Shown piece after piece: positions 10,951-23,940 of a stretch of DNA of 64,000 nucleotides (its first letter is position 1; each line of letters opens with the position of its first letter). The position numbers and the translations under genes are program-made. A model generated the notes under the pieces. It was not told where the DNA came from and did not search any database. It saw nothing but the letters and a program-made list of their open reading frames with translations. Source of the stretch: Podarcis muralis (Eukaryota); NCBI RefSeq assembly GCF_964188315.1, contig NC_135656.1, positions 36,580,001 through 36,644,000 of the forward strand, written 5' to 3'.

Positions 10951-13494
10951 TTAATGGACTAATTCTAAGCAGGTATAAGGCACCTTCCTATGTGCCTAAC
11001 ATGGATGGAGAGCTCTCATGTAAAAGGTAGGAAACCAGACAGAAGAAATGTGAAATCCTTGGATAACTGCTCAGGTTCCCATCTCATTTAATTATACTGC
11101 TCCTGTGAGTAGGTCACTCATATGGGCTAATAGATCCACAGGCAATTTGGAGAGAGGGAGGGCACAATATATGAACAGGGTTAGAGAATGGCTTTGCATG
11201 TTTTGAAAAGTGGCAAAAGTAGCTATGCTGAAGGGATGTGAACTAAGTACATGTTTCAATTTGCACCCTGATTTGATGCTTTGGAAAATGACCCACCTTG
11301 GTCCAAGGCATGTTGTAAATGGCCCGATTCAGCTTGGAGACTGTTTTAAGTTCTCTTTCCTTCCCCCTGATTCACAATCAGAAAATTAAAAAAGGGCTAT
11401 CATTTTTAAAACTTTTGACAGAAGCTGGTGAAATTTGCAAGCGTACTATCCTTTCCATAGTGGATAAAGCCTGTCAAATGATAGGCAAATAGGATTAGGC
11501 GCTTTTGTACTGGGCTCATTTTAAAGTGTGTTTTTTTAGTTTTTGCTTTTGAAAAGAGAAAGAACCCATAACTAAAACAATAATGGGTATTTGATAAAAT
11601 GTGTAGGCAATGTCATTCCTTCTGAGGGCATGAATCTGAGCCATTCAGAAGGCTGAGCTGCAGTGGCTTTCCCAAAGGGCTGTTGTTACAGTTTTGTGGT
11701 GGTAGAAAAGGAATAACTTAACTGCCATAGAGTCTTGTGGGTAATAATTTATGTGGGATATGCCCATGGATAAGAACCCTGTCAGAAAGCAGACAAATAG
11801 GTCCAGGGGCTTTTTAAAGGTACCTTTAAAATGAATGCAGGGAACTAACAGGGCCTCATTTTCTGGTAACATAATTCCTTCCTTTTATGAACTTGACCTG
11901 TAATTCACAATGGAGCTCTCCCAATCTGGTGTTTGTTCTGCTTTTCCCCATCACCCCACCCTGGCATTATAGTAAGGTCAAAGACAAGGCAAAGTGAGGC
12001 AGCTGCCTCAGGCAGAATATTGTAGCGGATGGCAGAAGTTCTCCCTCCCGACATGATTCCCCCGAGTCCTCAAAGCTAGCCTGCTGCCCTGAGGTACAAT
12101 GGAGGATACCGTTTCCACTGGTAAAGTAAGATTCAATTTCAAATCTGTTTGGACTCTGTGTGTGAAATGCGGGTGGGCAAAACACGATTTTATCTTTCAC
12201 CTCAGGCCACAAAATTTACTGAGATGCCCCTGCTTTCCCTTTCATCAGATGCTTGTGTGTAGGATTTTTCTTTTAAAAAAATGGATCACCGAGGTATCAG
12301 AAAGCACTTCAGGGGTCCTGCTTTGACTGGTGTCACCTCACTAATTATTCTTCACCTCTGACAAACTCAAAATCTCTCTGAGGCATTCCACTTTGCCTGG
12401 GAATTTGGCGTTTTCCTGCAACCAGTGCACATCACTAATATGAAGGTGACTTGTTCTTCTACTTTTTGTATGTCCAAATATCATGGAAAGGGAAAAGATG
12501 CACACCTCCTTGTGTCAATCATTTGGAAGTTCTTCAGCTCACCACAGGGAAACTGGGCATCCCTTGCACCCCTGTTGATTAGCTAGAAGTATGGAAAGAA
12601 GGTGTGCCGATCACTCTCCCAGCTTTTTCACAGCTTCGCATAATGTGTCATGCCACTCAGAGAAAAGGTCAGTGCTTGCAGCACTCATGCGGTTATCTCA
12701 TTTCTGAAATGAAGGCAAGGAGCGGCCTCTTTAAAAGATCTGCCTTTGGAGGGAGGGTCCATTAACACCCTGCAAAGCTTAAAATAATAACTGGCTATGG
12801 ATCCTTTTCAAGCTACAGAGGTCTGTTGGGATTAGAAAGGTGGCTGTTCTTCCTTCTCCTCCCTTCATTACCAGATGAGTTGTTTTCTTCCTCTGAAGCA
12901 TCAAAGATGGCCACAATTAGCAATGGCGTGGAATTAATAGGTGGAATGAACTTCTGCTAAAGAGCTATCCATATTTCAAAGAGGCTCAGAAGACGCATTT
13001 TTCATTGGAATAGGCTGCTGATGCTGCAGTTTGGAATGATTCTCCACCCATGTTAAATTAGATTGATTAGAGACCTATCTTAGAAATTTTCACCTTCCCC
13101 CAGAGTGCTTGGCCAGTCGTATCTGCCTGTGTTTTGCAATCACATTGTCCCATTCAAAGACAAACAGCATTTTACAAACATGGAGTTTGTAAGCCACAGT
13201 GGTGTAATAATTCGCTTTCTAGATGAAATAACTGGTGGTTTCTGTGCAAAACAGACAGTGGTGGAGGGGTGGAGTTCCCATCAGTAGGATGTACAATACA
13301 GTACCATCCTGAATCTCCACTTGGAGATTCAGAACCCAAGAATAACCAAGCTGTGTGCTGGTAGTAAAGATAGCTTGTTGTGGTGATGGATGGTTGGATG
13401 GATGTAAAAGACCCAGGTTTCAATATTCTCTTAATCATGAAGTTCACTGGATGGTCTTGAGCAACTTATTTTTTTCTCAGTGCAACCCACCCTA

Positions 13495-13851
13495 GGTAAA
13501 GGGACCCCTGACTGTTAGGTCCAGTCACAGACGACTCTGGGGCTGCAGCGCTCAACTTGCTTTACTGGCCGAAGGAGCCAGCATTTGTCCGCAGACAGCT
13601 TCCGGGTCATGTGGCCAGCATGACTAAGCTGCTTTTGGCGAACCAGAGCAGCGCACCAAAATGCTGTTTACCTTCCCGCTGGAGCAGTACCTATTTATCT
13701 ACTTGCACTTTGATGTGCTTTCGAACTGCTAGGTTGGCAGGAGCAGGGACCGAGCAACGGGAGCTCACCCCATCGTGAGGATTGAACCGCTGACCTTCTG
13801 ATCTGCAAGCCCTAGGCTCTTTGGTTTAGACCATAGCGCCACCCGCATCCC
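13495..13851 (-). mobile_element. Sauria SINE (Squam1), full length
   Basis: Matches the other in-window copies. TSD tgcaacccacccta/tgcaatccacccta (13481-13494, 13853-13866). Confidence 0.92.
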
Positions 13852-14359
13852 TTGCAATCCACCCTACAGGGTTGTTTTTGTCAAAAAATGAGGTCCCTTG
13901 AGGAAGGGCAACATGGACATGCGATGCGCTGAAATGAAGATCCCAGGCAACCAGGAAATTGTGCAGTAGCTGAGATCAAGAGCTGAGATATTGGTCTGGT
14001 GCTGGTCAGAGCCACTCATAGGCCTGCTCTGGCTCTGCCCATCCTCCTTACATGAGCAGAACCCTGGATATCAGTGGGCATTTTCCTGCAGCCTCATTGT
14101 ACAGTTTCACTGGGAACTGCTTTATGAGACAGGGATGCTTCCGGAGGCCAGCAGGTTTGGAGGCAGGTAGCCTTTCTGCTTCCCATATGGAACTGGGAGC
14201 TGCTAGTATCTCTCCTCTACCATACACCTGCTACTTTTCAGTGTTGAAAGTTGAATGCTGCTAATCTCCCCACCCCAAGGTTCACTGGATGGATATCTTC
14301 GGGTAGTGTCTGATGCTTGCTTTAAAAAGGAAATATATGTCATATTTTATTTTTGTATT

Positions 14360-14549
14360 GGAACATGCAAATCTATCTTATACCGAGTCTGTCCATTGGT
14401 GCATCTAGCTCAGTATTGTCTACTCTGATTGGCTGCAGCTCTCCAGGATTTCAGACAGGAGGCCTCTCCCAGCACTACCAGGGGATGCTGGGGATTGAAT
14501 TTGGGAACATCTGCAGATGCTCTAACATGGAGCTAGGAACAGATTCCCC
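14360..14549 (-). mobile_element. Squam2-type SINE
   Basis: ccattggtgcatctagctcagtattgtctactctgattggctgcagctctccagg, homologous to the copies at 6762 and 19031. Confidence 0.7.
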
Positions 14550-16248
14550 ATGGGACCTGAAGTCGTGCAAATTACAATATCAGTTCCTCCATTAACAGGC
14601 TGATTATATGCATGGTGCATGTAAGCTTTTCCTATTATCTCCTCATGGTACACTATATGTTGAAGTGTCTGAATTAATCTGTTATAGGAAATGTTGAGTG
14701 CTGAGAATTTTGTCTCAGCAGAGCGGATTCAGATAAGAGGAGATTTGGGTTCTTTCCCACCCTACTTCTCTTCTTCCCTGAGAAAAATGCCACATATTTC
14801 AATAAAGCATTGGGTTCTGGAGTTGTCTCCATCCAGTTTTTCTTTCATCCTATTACTTCTAATTACTTAGCTCTGTGCCTCTCTGCAGCTTCATAAGTAG
14901 CTGCCTCAAACCTCCTCCGTGTTTGCTGCCGCATCTCCTGAGATAGTGAGAGGTGATTGATTATGGTCATTATTTCAAAGTACCATATGAAAATCTCTGC
15001 CCTATTCATTAATTGTCTTAAAGAGCAGCTGCCTTTCATGGGGGGAAAGCTGTCATTCTTCAGCAAACTCCAATTAATTTCATGCATGGTTTTTACTTGT
15101 ATTTTCTTGCCTACCCATGTTTATTATCCATATTCATTAGGAGATTTCCCCCCTAACCCAGCTTAATTAGTGGTGCTCTCTCAGATGTCTACTTTTGCTT
15201 TTGATTTCTCCATTATTGTATCTTCTCATTTAAAATTGGGCCATTTCTAGCCAATGCTCTTTCTACATGGGTGAGGTCATGCCATAGGCCAGGTAGAATC
15301 TCTCTGGGGAAATCTGTGTGCATGTTGTTCACATCCGTACCCTTGAGGTCTTGGTGTGGTCTCTTCATTCACTGTGTAGGATCTGCCAGGGTCACACCCA
15401 TCTACCTGGTTACATGCAGGTGGAAGATGCTCCAGACCAGGTGTGACAGGAAGTTCTCCTGGCTGGAGCAACATTTCCCTGTGTGTCCATTCTCTGGACA
15501 AACAGGAAATGTTGTATTTGACTGCTTCAGTGATGTTACATCCCACACTAACTGGGGTAGGAAAAGCTCCCCCCCCATCTCTCTCTCTCTCTCTCAGCCC
15601 CATATCCCACCCTCACTGTCTCTTTACTAATTTTCAGTTAACTGAGCTCTCGTTCTGCAGGTGTCCAGAAATCGGCTCTCGGTTTAGGACAACTTAATTC
15701 TAGCTTCAGCATAATATCAAAGACTTGCATCAAATTATGCAATCAGCAACAGCAAACTTTCTGAAAGATGCCATAATAATTGTTGCCAAATTTGTCATAG
15801 ATCTCTTGTTATTCTTCATAAGCCCCTGGGGGGAAATACAGAGAGAGAGAATGAGAGCGAGCGAGCGAGTGAGCACAGAGAATTCCTGCAAGAGAAAAGC
15901 TGCACCTCTCTGCTGGGAACGGCAGGTGATAATGTGGTCCACCTCCACCACCCCCAGTCTCTAGCATGGAAAATGATCCATGAAAGGAAAAAAATTGAGC
16001 AAAAGGATGGAGTCAGGTTTTTGTTTTTTTAAACATTTCCTTTTGGTATAATTTTATTTAAAGGAACAAATCAATTTTCTGACTATGCAGTGCAACGTGG
16101 GTGATTTGCTATAGCAAGCAAGATTGTCTTTGGGGAAAAGACAAAAGCCTAAATTTACAGGATTTTAGGAAGCAAGCATAGAGGTTTGGTTGCCCCTGTT
16201 TCTGTGGCTGGAAGAGATGTGCTTGGTGTTTTCTTGCACAGTATAAGT

Positions 16249-16499
16249 CAGGGGTCAGCAAACTTTTTCAGCAGGGGGCTGGTCCACTGTCCCTCAGACA
16301 ATGTGGGGGGCTGGACTATATTTAGAAAAAAAATATATGAACGAATTCCTATGCCCCACAAATAACCCAGAGATGCATTTTAAATAAAAGGACACCTTCT
16401 ACTCATGTAAAAACACGCTGATTCCCGGGCCATCCGCGGGCCAGATTTAGAAAGCGACTGGCCGGATCTGGCCCCCGGGCCTTAGTTTGCCTACCCATA
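16249..16499. mobile_element. hAT non-autonomous DNA transposon, 251 bp
   Basis: caggggtcagcaaact...agtttgcctacccata termini and perfect 8-bp TSD gtataagt (16241-16248, 16500-16507). Confidence 0.85.
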
Positions 16500-17454
16500 G
16501 TATAAGTGTAAGGCCTGGCCATGGATTCAAGTTTTATGGGTCCTTGAGTGTGTCAGTGTGACTTAGGGCTGAATCAAAATCTTCTTTCCTCCATTTCAGT
16601 TTGCCCTTCACAAGCAGTGACATGAGGGGTACAACTGGGTGTTTTGTTGGGGACAAGCTGGGGTCTTGCAACAGCTGCTGCTGCTGCTAGAGGCTGCCAT
16701 TTTATTTCCCATAAGTACTATGGGAACTAGGCTATATCATTCCCAGGGGGCTTCATGAGGAGTGGGGTGGTGGAGGCAACCCAGCGCCAAAAGTTCTTTG
16801 GGGTCAGTTTCAGTACTGCTCACCTCACCAATTTTGTGCTGAAAAGTCTAACAAAAGAACTTTAAGTTCAACTTAACCCTTGACCCTAAGAGCAGTCAGC
16901 AAGGAGATACTCTTCCATTTCTGCTCCTGTGACAAAATTACTTTCCTTGCCCCTCCACTCCCTATGTGAGACTTTTCCCAGAGCCTGAACCCTCAGTCCA
17001 GCAAGTCCATATCTAGTGTGAGTCGAGGAGGGTCTCCTTTATCATCCAAGCCCCTGGAGATGAGTTATGAATGGACAGGCCCATTAAAAACTGCTCTGTC
17101 CAAGTGTCAAACAGGGTTGATATTAAAGCCATCTCAACCCACTGTTGTGTATATTTAAGTCTTCAAAATTTGGCATGAAAAACACAGAGGTAAAAAATAA
17201 ATAAAGGTGTTTACAAGGTCATTTAAGGGTTGCGGCACAGCCTCTGTTTCTGTAAAAGATATTATTTCCTTCAAACTTTTTAAAACAGGTGGACACCGTG
17301 GAGCAGCTGTTGAGGGGGGTGCTCTTTGCCACCCCACACAATACAGCAATGCAATGCAAGACAGCAAATTCCCCTCAAAGCCACAGGATAGGATGACATT
17401 CCATCACTCTCAGGGGGATTTGTACATAGAAATAATGGCTGCCTCTGTGTAGAC

Positions 17455-17681
17455 CCATGGCTCCCAGCATGGGGCACATGCCATACGGGGGGGGGGCAAT
17501 TTGTTTTTTAAGGGGGGGCAATTCGAGAATGAGTTATTAACAATGAATGGCCTTTTAGACTTCCTCCACGTGAAAAGGAGTTCACTTTTTGAATAATAAG
17601 AATTATATGTCATGGGGGGGGGCATCAGGATTTTAGAAATGCTTAGGTGGGGCATGGTCAAAAAAAGGTTGGGAACCAGTG
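17455..17681. mobile_element. hAT non-autonomous DNA transposon, 227 bp
   Basis: ccatggctccca...tgggaaccagtg termini and TSD gtgtagac/gtgtaggc. A second copy of the family is at 36520. Confidence 0.8.
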
Positions 17682-19030
17682 GTGTAGGCCATACTTCCTG
17701 TACTGCTTTCAAAGCACAATGCAGTCTTTTTCTGGCTTCTGGTTTACACCATCATAGCAGGCTAAATTTTCTCCATGAGAATCCATTCCCGTGTACACAG
17801 TCATGTGAGTCAGACAAATGCCAATCCCTCTTTGCAACTATTTCTGTGCAGTGCTATACATTATTGCGGAAATCACTGCAGAATTTTGGACATGTACCAC
17901 ATGTTCACTGGTACTTTGTCCAGTAGTTGTGACTGTGTGCGCAAAGACACCCGAGCGAAGAAATTTAGTATGAGAATCCGTCTTTCCTTACACTTCATCA
18001 ATACCAACTGATATTTTGAACACATATCAAAACATGATAACAACATGCAGTAGACTTCATTATGAGGCATTCCCATATGGGTAAATCCAATGAATGGGCC
18101 AGACACACTTGCTAAGCAAATGCAGGAGAGGCAAGGAGCCTTTCTGAAATAGAATTTAAGGCAGATGCCCTTCCCATAGCAGGACATTTACAAATGGTCC
18201 ATGCATGTTATCCAACTGGAATGTGGAAAATTTAACAAGAATCTTCCTTCTAATTTGCATTGCGCAAATCTCCTCAACCAATTAGACACCAATTTTCCGG
18301 GGAATGTTCAGCTCGGCTTTTATGGTGTTCATTCATTAGTTTAATAACTCACTTGCAGCATTTTTATGGTGCTCCCTGGTGTCTGTGCCCTTCTTCCATT
18401 CAGACTCCCCGCCTTCCTCTTCTCCTTAGTCAGCCCCTTTTCTGAATTTCTTCATAATCTCAGAGTCCTCACTAAAGCCCACAGCAGAAATTTTGGCAGA
18501 TCTGAAACTTTAATAAAATACAGTGTCGGGGGTCACCCTCAATTACTCAGCTGCAAGTTGATTCTGTTTCCATGGACTTTTTTGAATGTTCTGCCTGCTG
18601 GGGACTATTATTCTCATTCCCCAATACCTGGGAACGGGTCCAGATTTGGTGGTTATAATATAGACACAAAAGGAGGCAGCAAAGAAGCAGTGGCTGCGCT
18701 TAGCCCTTCAGGCGAGCAGTCACTTTTTAGCTGGATGCATGTTTATTGTATAATTAATAGCTGCTTGCTTGCTCGCTCTCCCTCTGTAATCCAGCACAGA
18801 GCACAGTGCCAATTCCAGTCTCCAAAGTGCTTTCCAAAAAAGGTGTGGCTACAGGAATGGATTATTCAAATCCTCTGGGCTTTTTTCTGTGTTTGAATGC
18901 TCTGGTTCTGAACACAAAATAACAAAATTGCCAAAAGCAAATTGGAACTTGGTGATAGCCTCAAAGGAGCAGTATTATGGGTTCTCCCAGGGTAGGAGGA
19001 GCACATGGAAATGAGATGATGAGCAACTCA

Positions 19031-19215
19031 TAGGAACTGAGTTAGACCTATTGGTCCACGGTCCACCTAGCTCCATATTGTCTACACTGACTAGCAGTGG
19101 CTTCCCAGGGTATCAGGCAAGGGTCACTCTCACTCTTACCTGGAGATGTGAGGACTGAACCCGGGACCTTCTTTATGCAAAGCAAATGCTCAGCCATTGA
19201 GCTATGGCCCTTCTC
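19031..19215 (-). mobile_element. Squam2-type SINE
   Basis: Reverse tRNA-like head (ctttatgcaaagcaaatgctcagccattgagctatggcccttc) plus a body homologous to 6762. Confidence 0.7.
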
Positions 19216-19964
19216 AACTCCATCACCTTTTGATCATAGGCGTGCTCCATCCTGTTGCATTCTGTCCTGTCCTGTCTCATTGTGTACATTTTCTACACAT
19301 TTTTTACATAAAATACACACTTTTAAATGCATCCAGCCACAATCCTCTATTTGTTACTCACTGTCTGACTTACATCCATAAGATGCACATTTTCTAGTCA
19401 TCTTTTGTACAACATTTACAATGTTTTGCACACTTTTTGCACACCAAAAGTCCTTTGCCAAATCTGAAGAAGCATGGCATCTGATTGGGAGTTGTGTTCA
19501 AATGCACAAAGCAAGTTTGGAAGCATTGGGTTGGGTGGAATTGCAGCGAGAAGCAGCCCAAGCATATTCCCCCTCCCTCAATCTCTAGGAGTATCCTGTG
19601 GGCAATGATGCTAGTGTATCTAACTACTTCATTGCTTTGAGAACAGGATGAAATGCTTTGCTCCATGCTCTGCAAAGGAAGCAAGGACTCAGCCTCTCTC
19701 GGTCTCCAAAAAGCTCTCCAAGGATAGCTCTGGTATCTGTTTTCAATGCCAATGATTTAGATGGCTCAGGTTTGACTTGCACAGTAACTACAAGGGGTGG
19801 TGGTCTCTTCTTTTTCCCTTTATTTTTAAGGGCCAGTGGGGAACTGGCCTTCCCTCTTCCAGCCACTGCAATGAATGAGAGCACACCCATGAACTGGAAG
19901 TCCTGACTTGATTCTTGGTTGGGTTTTTCAGTTGAAGGCTACAGGCAACTGCCTCTTTATATAA

Positions 19965-20143
19965 CACACCCTCCAATATGTTGAAGCCGGAAGCTGGGAC
20001 ATGCATCTTCCCAGCTGCGCTCCTGCACAAGTCACGGGACCCATGTGAGGTTGCAATCTTGTGCATTTGGGGGTGCCATGCTGAGCACATGGTGCCCCCC
20101 AAAACAGGATGTCCCAATTTAATCAGGGCAATTGAGGGGTATG
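19965..20143. mobile_element. Non-autonomous DNA-transposon-like element with CATACCCTCCAA-type termini
   Basis: cacaccctccaa / ttgaggggtatg inverted ends. The same terminus cataccctccaacattt occurs at 40402. Confidence 0.5.
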
Positions 20144-20589
20144 ATATAGGTGTCACATATTATGAATCTAAGTAGCAACCATATAACTACCCCCAAATTA
20201 TAACTGGTATAGAATTGATAAGTTTGTTGTATCAATCTGATCATGGAATACTTGCGTTTATGGGATTGATATGGCTCTAAAAATCTCTATGGAGAAAAGA
20301 GAGGTGCTTGCATTCATGGAGGTGGACAGGACCGTTTCACTCTGCCCTGAATCCTATTCCACAAGGGTTTAGGGTAGGAGCAGGTGAGCAGGTAAGGAGA
20401 GAAGAGGTGAGGTGTAGATGCAGTGCAGTGTTCAGAGTAGTGTAGTGTTGGACCCGGTTCAGATCGCAAGAAGCTCCCTGGGTGACCTTGGACCAGTGAC
20501 TACCTTTGCGAGAATAAGAACATAGTCTACTTTACAAGCTTGTCATAAGCATAAAAGGGGTATGGTTGAGCATGGAGAACTATGTATAC

Positions 20590-20726
20590 CCGTGTCCTTC
20601 AACCTTGGGTCCTCAGATGTTGTTGGACTACAACTCCTATCATCCCTTACCATTGACTAAGCTGACTGGAGATGGATGGGAGTTGCAGTCCAACAACACC
20701 TAGGGACGCAAGGTTGAGGAACACCG
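20590..20726. mobile_element. Palindromic hAT MITE, older copy
   Basis: Arms aaccttg...ggactacaactcc / gggagttgcagtcc...caaggtt, with the same core as 48291 and 60068. Confidence 0.7.
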
Positions 20727-21382
20727 ATGTACAGCAGCTTGAGCTCCTTGGAGTAAAGGTGAAATATGAATGTAATAATGCTTTCTTCTGCAGCCATCCG
20801 CCATTGCTCCTGCCTCCCCCCCCCCCCACCTCTGTGCCTTGACCGCGTCTGAGAAATGTAGTGTTTGTATATGCAAGTACATGCCTGGCATGGAGTGAAT
20901 TATTTTGCTATTGAGAGTGCGTATTTTGTGCAGTTCCAACCACCGTGTTCATTTCTTTCAGCAGTTATTGTTTATATAACATACAAAAAGTTCTACCTGG
21001 GATTCAGATAATTTAATGGTGTCACTTCTGCATCATACATCACTGCCATATGCCAGCTAAAGAGAGTCTGGAGCAGAAAGTGAATGTGTGATTTTACAAA
21101 TGATGTATGAACAAGGACATAGCCTGGAGCAGGTCTTTGCAATGCTGAGAGCTGCAAGTTGCTAGTGTCCCTTGGGGAAGTTCTACTGGTAATGGGTTTG
21201 TGTTGTATATATACTGGAAATACAATATATTAAAGCCCACATAAGCACAACGTGGTGGCCTGTTCTCCATGCAAGTCTCCGAGGATTGGTGCTTGCTTGT
21301 CTTTCCCAGCAAACGAAACTGCTCTGATTAACCTTGAAGTTAGAGAATATGAGAAATCTTCCATCTCGAAGCTGATTTATGG

Positions 21383-21595
21383 CAGAGGTGGGCAACATGC
21401 GGCCTGCAGGCTGTGCATTGCCTGTAAGGCACATTTTGTGACCTACGTATCGACTAGATACCAAACCACTTGGGACAGCAATCTGGTTGGGTGTGAGCAA
21501 CTCCCTTTAAGTTTCCATAAGTTCAAAATGAAGGTTGTGGTTTTTTTTGCCTTAGCATGTAACATTGCTGGATGGTATACACCTCCCCACCCCTA
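21383..21595. mobile_element. Degenerate hAT non-autonomous element
   Basis: cagaggtgggcaacatgcggcctgcaggc left end and ccccacccct right end. TSD not clear. Confidence 0.45.
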
Positions 21596-22159
21596 ATAGG
21601 GAGCGAGGCATCAAAATGATGTTTGGTATGAAAATATGTGTGAGAACACAGACAAGGAACCTTTGGTTGTAGGACTCCTAGCATCCCTGGTCATTGGCCA
21701 CGCTGGCCAGGGCTGATAGGAGTTGGAGTCTAACAACACCTGGAGGGCCACCAGTCCCCAATCCTTGTGGCAGAAGATACTTGAGTTTAACTGTGAATTG
21801 AGTTGTATTTCTCCTCCATCCCTATGAACAGATTGCATATGAAAGGGAATAGAACATACTTGGTTGGGAACACCAGGAGTAGACTTGGGTCTTTCTTATT
21901 TCAGCAGTGTCCTGTGGGAAGCCAAAATTCAGAGCCCACTACCCACCTCTCAACTTATTTCCTGCTCAATTCACTACATCATAGCTGAGGCACTCTGTGG
22001 CGCTCCCTAGGCTCAGTGCCCAGTGCAGCGGAACCAGCCACGCTGCCCTAAATTCGCCTCTGGAAGCACTGCCGTATATGTAGCATATTGAGGCCAGGGT
22101 GTAAAGTGGGTTGATTTTCACACCTCTCTTCTTTTACTTCATTAATTGTATGCAACTCT

Positions 22160-22690
22160 TTGAAGGTGACCCGGAAACTGCAATTAATCCAGAATGTGGC
22201 AGCTAGACTGGTGACTGGGAGTGGCCGCTGGGACCACATAACACCGGTCCTGAGAGATCTGCATTGGCTCCCAGCACATTTCCGAGCACAATTCAGAGTG
22301 TTGGTGCTGACCTTTAAAGCCCTAAACGGCCTCGGTCCTGTATACCTGAAAGAGAGTCTCCACCCCCATCGTTCAGCCCGGACACTGAGGTCCAGCACCA
22401 AGGGCCTTCTGGCGGATCCCTCATTGCAAGAAGTGAGGTTACAGGGAACCAGACAGAGGGCCTTCTCGGTAGTGGCACCCGCCCTGTGGAACACCCTCCC
22501 ATCAGATGTCAAGGAAATAAGCAGCTATCTTATTTTTAAAAGACATCTGAAGGCAGCCCTGTTTAGAGAAGTTTTTAATATTTAATGCTGTATTGTTTTT
22601 AACACTCGATTGGGAGCCTCCCAGAGTGGCTGGGGAAACTCAGCCAGATGGGTGGGGTATAAATAAATTAATCATCATCATCATCATCAT
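22160..22690 (+). mobile_element. L2-clade LINE 3' end (ORF2 tail, 3' UTR, (CAT)n tail)
   Basis: Translation KLQLIQNVAARLVTG...HITPVLRDLHWLP...RAFSVVAPALWNTLP...FKRHLK is the characteristic L2 ORF2 tail. Confidence 0.9.
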
Positions 22691-22790
22691 TTGGCTTCAT
22701 TTGGTTTGAATTTGGCCTGCTTCACTTTATTTAGTTTCCAGATAATTAGGTCACATCAAGCAGTGTGGAGGGATAGAGAGAGAAAAATCT

Positions 22791-23033
22791 ACCAGTGTGG
22801 TATAGTGGTTAAGAGCAGTAGTCTCGTAATCTGGGGAACCGGGTTCACGTCTCCGCTCCTCCACATGCAGTGTGACCTTGGGCCAGTCACACTTGTTTGA
22901 AGTCTCTCAGTCCCACTCACCTCACAGAGTGTTTGTTGTGGGGGAGGAAGGGAAAGGAGATTGTTAGCCACTTTGAGACTCCTTAGAGTAGTGATAAAGT
23001 GGGATATCAAATCCAAACTCTTCTTCTTCTTCT
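22791..23033 (+). mobile_element. Squam3-type SINE
   Basis: Near-identical to 2011-2268, with a (TCT)n tail. Confidence 0.8.
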
Positions 23034-23749
23034 GATGGTATACACACCCCTGAGGCATCTGAGTGACAAGAGGTCTACCTAAAACAAAATCTCTTACATC
23101 TTACCAGCTCATCCTTGGGCAGTGCTAGAGCTGCTGGCTCCTCATGAGGTTTACTGCCAAGGTATGTGATGCTGAAGCTGTCAGGGCTTCCTCAGCACAT
23201 CTCTAAGATGCTTTGGCAAGGCAGAACAGGGAACCGTTTTTTTAACAAACCCAAGGCTTGAAGCCAGAGTGGAAGAGGACTAGGTAGTGAGGCAGAATAC
23301 CTGCATGGAAGAATGAAATGGAATCTGGCAGTTAAATAGTTAATTATGTTTCATATTGTGGTGTATGGCATCCTGATTCCATATGGGGGAGCAACAGTGC
23401 CTTCAGGAGCAGCTGGAAATACAGAAATTAAGGAGGTGACTTCCGCCCACCCCATTTGCTTGTTTATAAAGTGATAGGGGAAAGTCACCTGCTTAATTTT
23501 TGCACATCAGGCTGCTCTTAAAGGCACTGGAGCAGAGCTCACAAATAAGTTGGCAACCCTAGCAAAACCTCTCTACCCAGGAAAAGTGACAATGTAAACA
23601 AAAACAGGGCTGTTATCCCTGGTGAGTGGAGTTCAGCTTTGTAGTGAATTGCCTTCTACATGAATCAAAATAGTTAGTGAGAAGGTTTAGCTGAATGATT
23701 CCACAAGTCTCTATTTATGATAGGATAGCCAAGATTCTTACTGATTCTT

Positions 23750-23940
23750 ACTGTTCGACAGTGGAATTTGCTGCCAAGGAGTGTGGTGGAGTCTCCTTCT
23801 TTGGAGGTCTTTAAGCAGAGGCTTGACAACCATATGTCAGGAGTGCTCTGATGGTGTTTCCTGCTTGGCAGGGGGTTGGACTCGATGGCCCTTGTGGTCT
23901 CTTCCAACTCTATGATTCTATGATTCTATGATTCTATGAT
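23750..23940 (+). mobile_element. CR1 LINE 3' end
   Basis: gtggagtctccttctttggagg...gggggttggactcgatggcc...cttccaactc followed by the (ATTCTATG)n octamer tail. Confidence 0.88.

Larger units (their letters stand above)
9575..10998 (+). mobile_element. Squam2-type SINE split by an L1 insertion (pieces about 9575-9738 and 10951-10998)
   Basis: With the L1 removed the sequence reads gtcagagtagacaatattgggcttaatggactaattctaagcaggtataaggcaccttcctatgtgccta, matching the SINE 3' end seen in reverse at 6762 and 14360. Confidence 0.65.

Noticed and set aside
22160-22585. 141-aa ORF as a host gene
   Set aside because: It is the L2 ORF2 tail, with decayed copies at 46176 and 63699.
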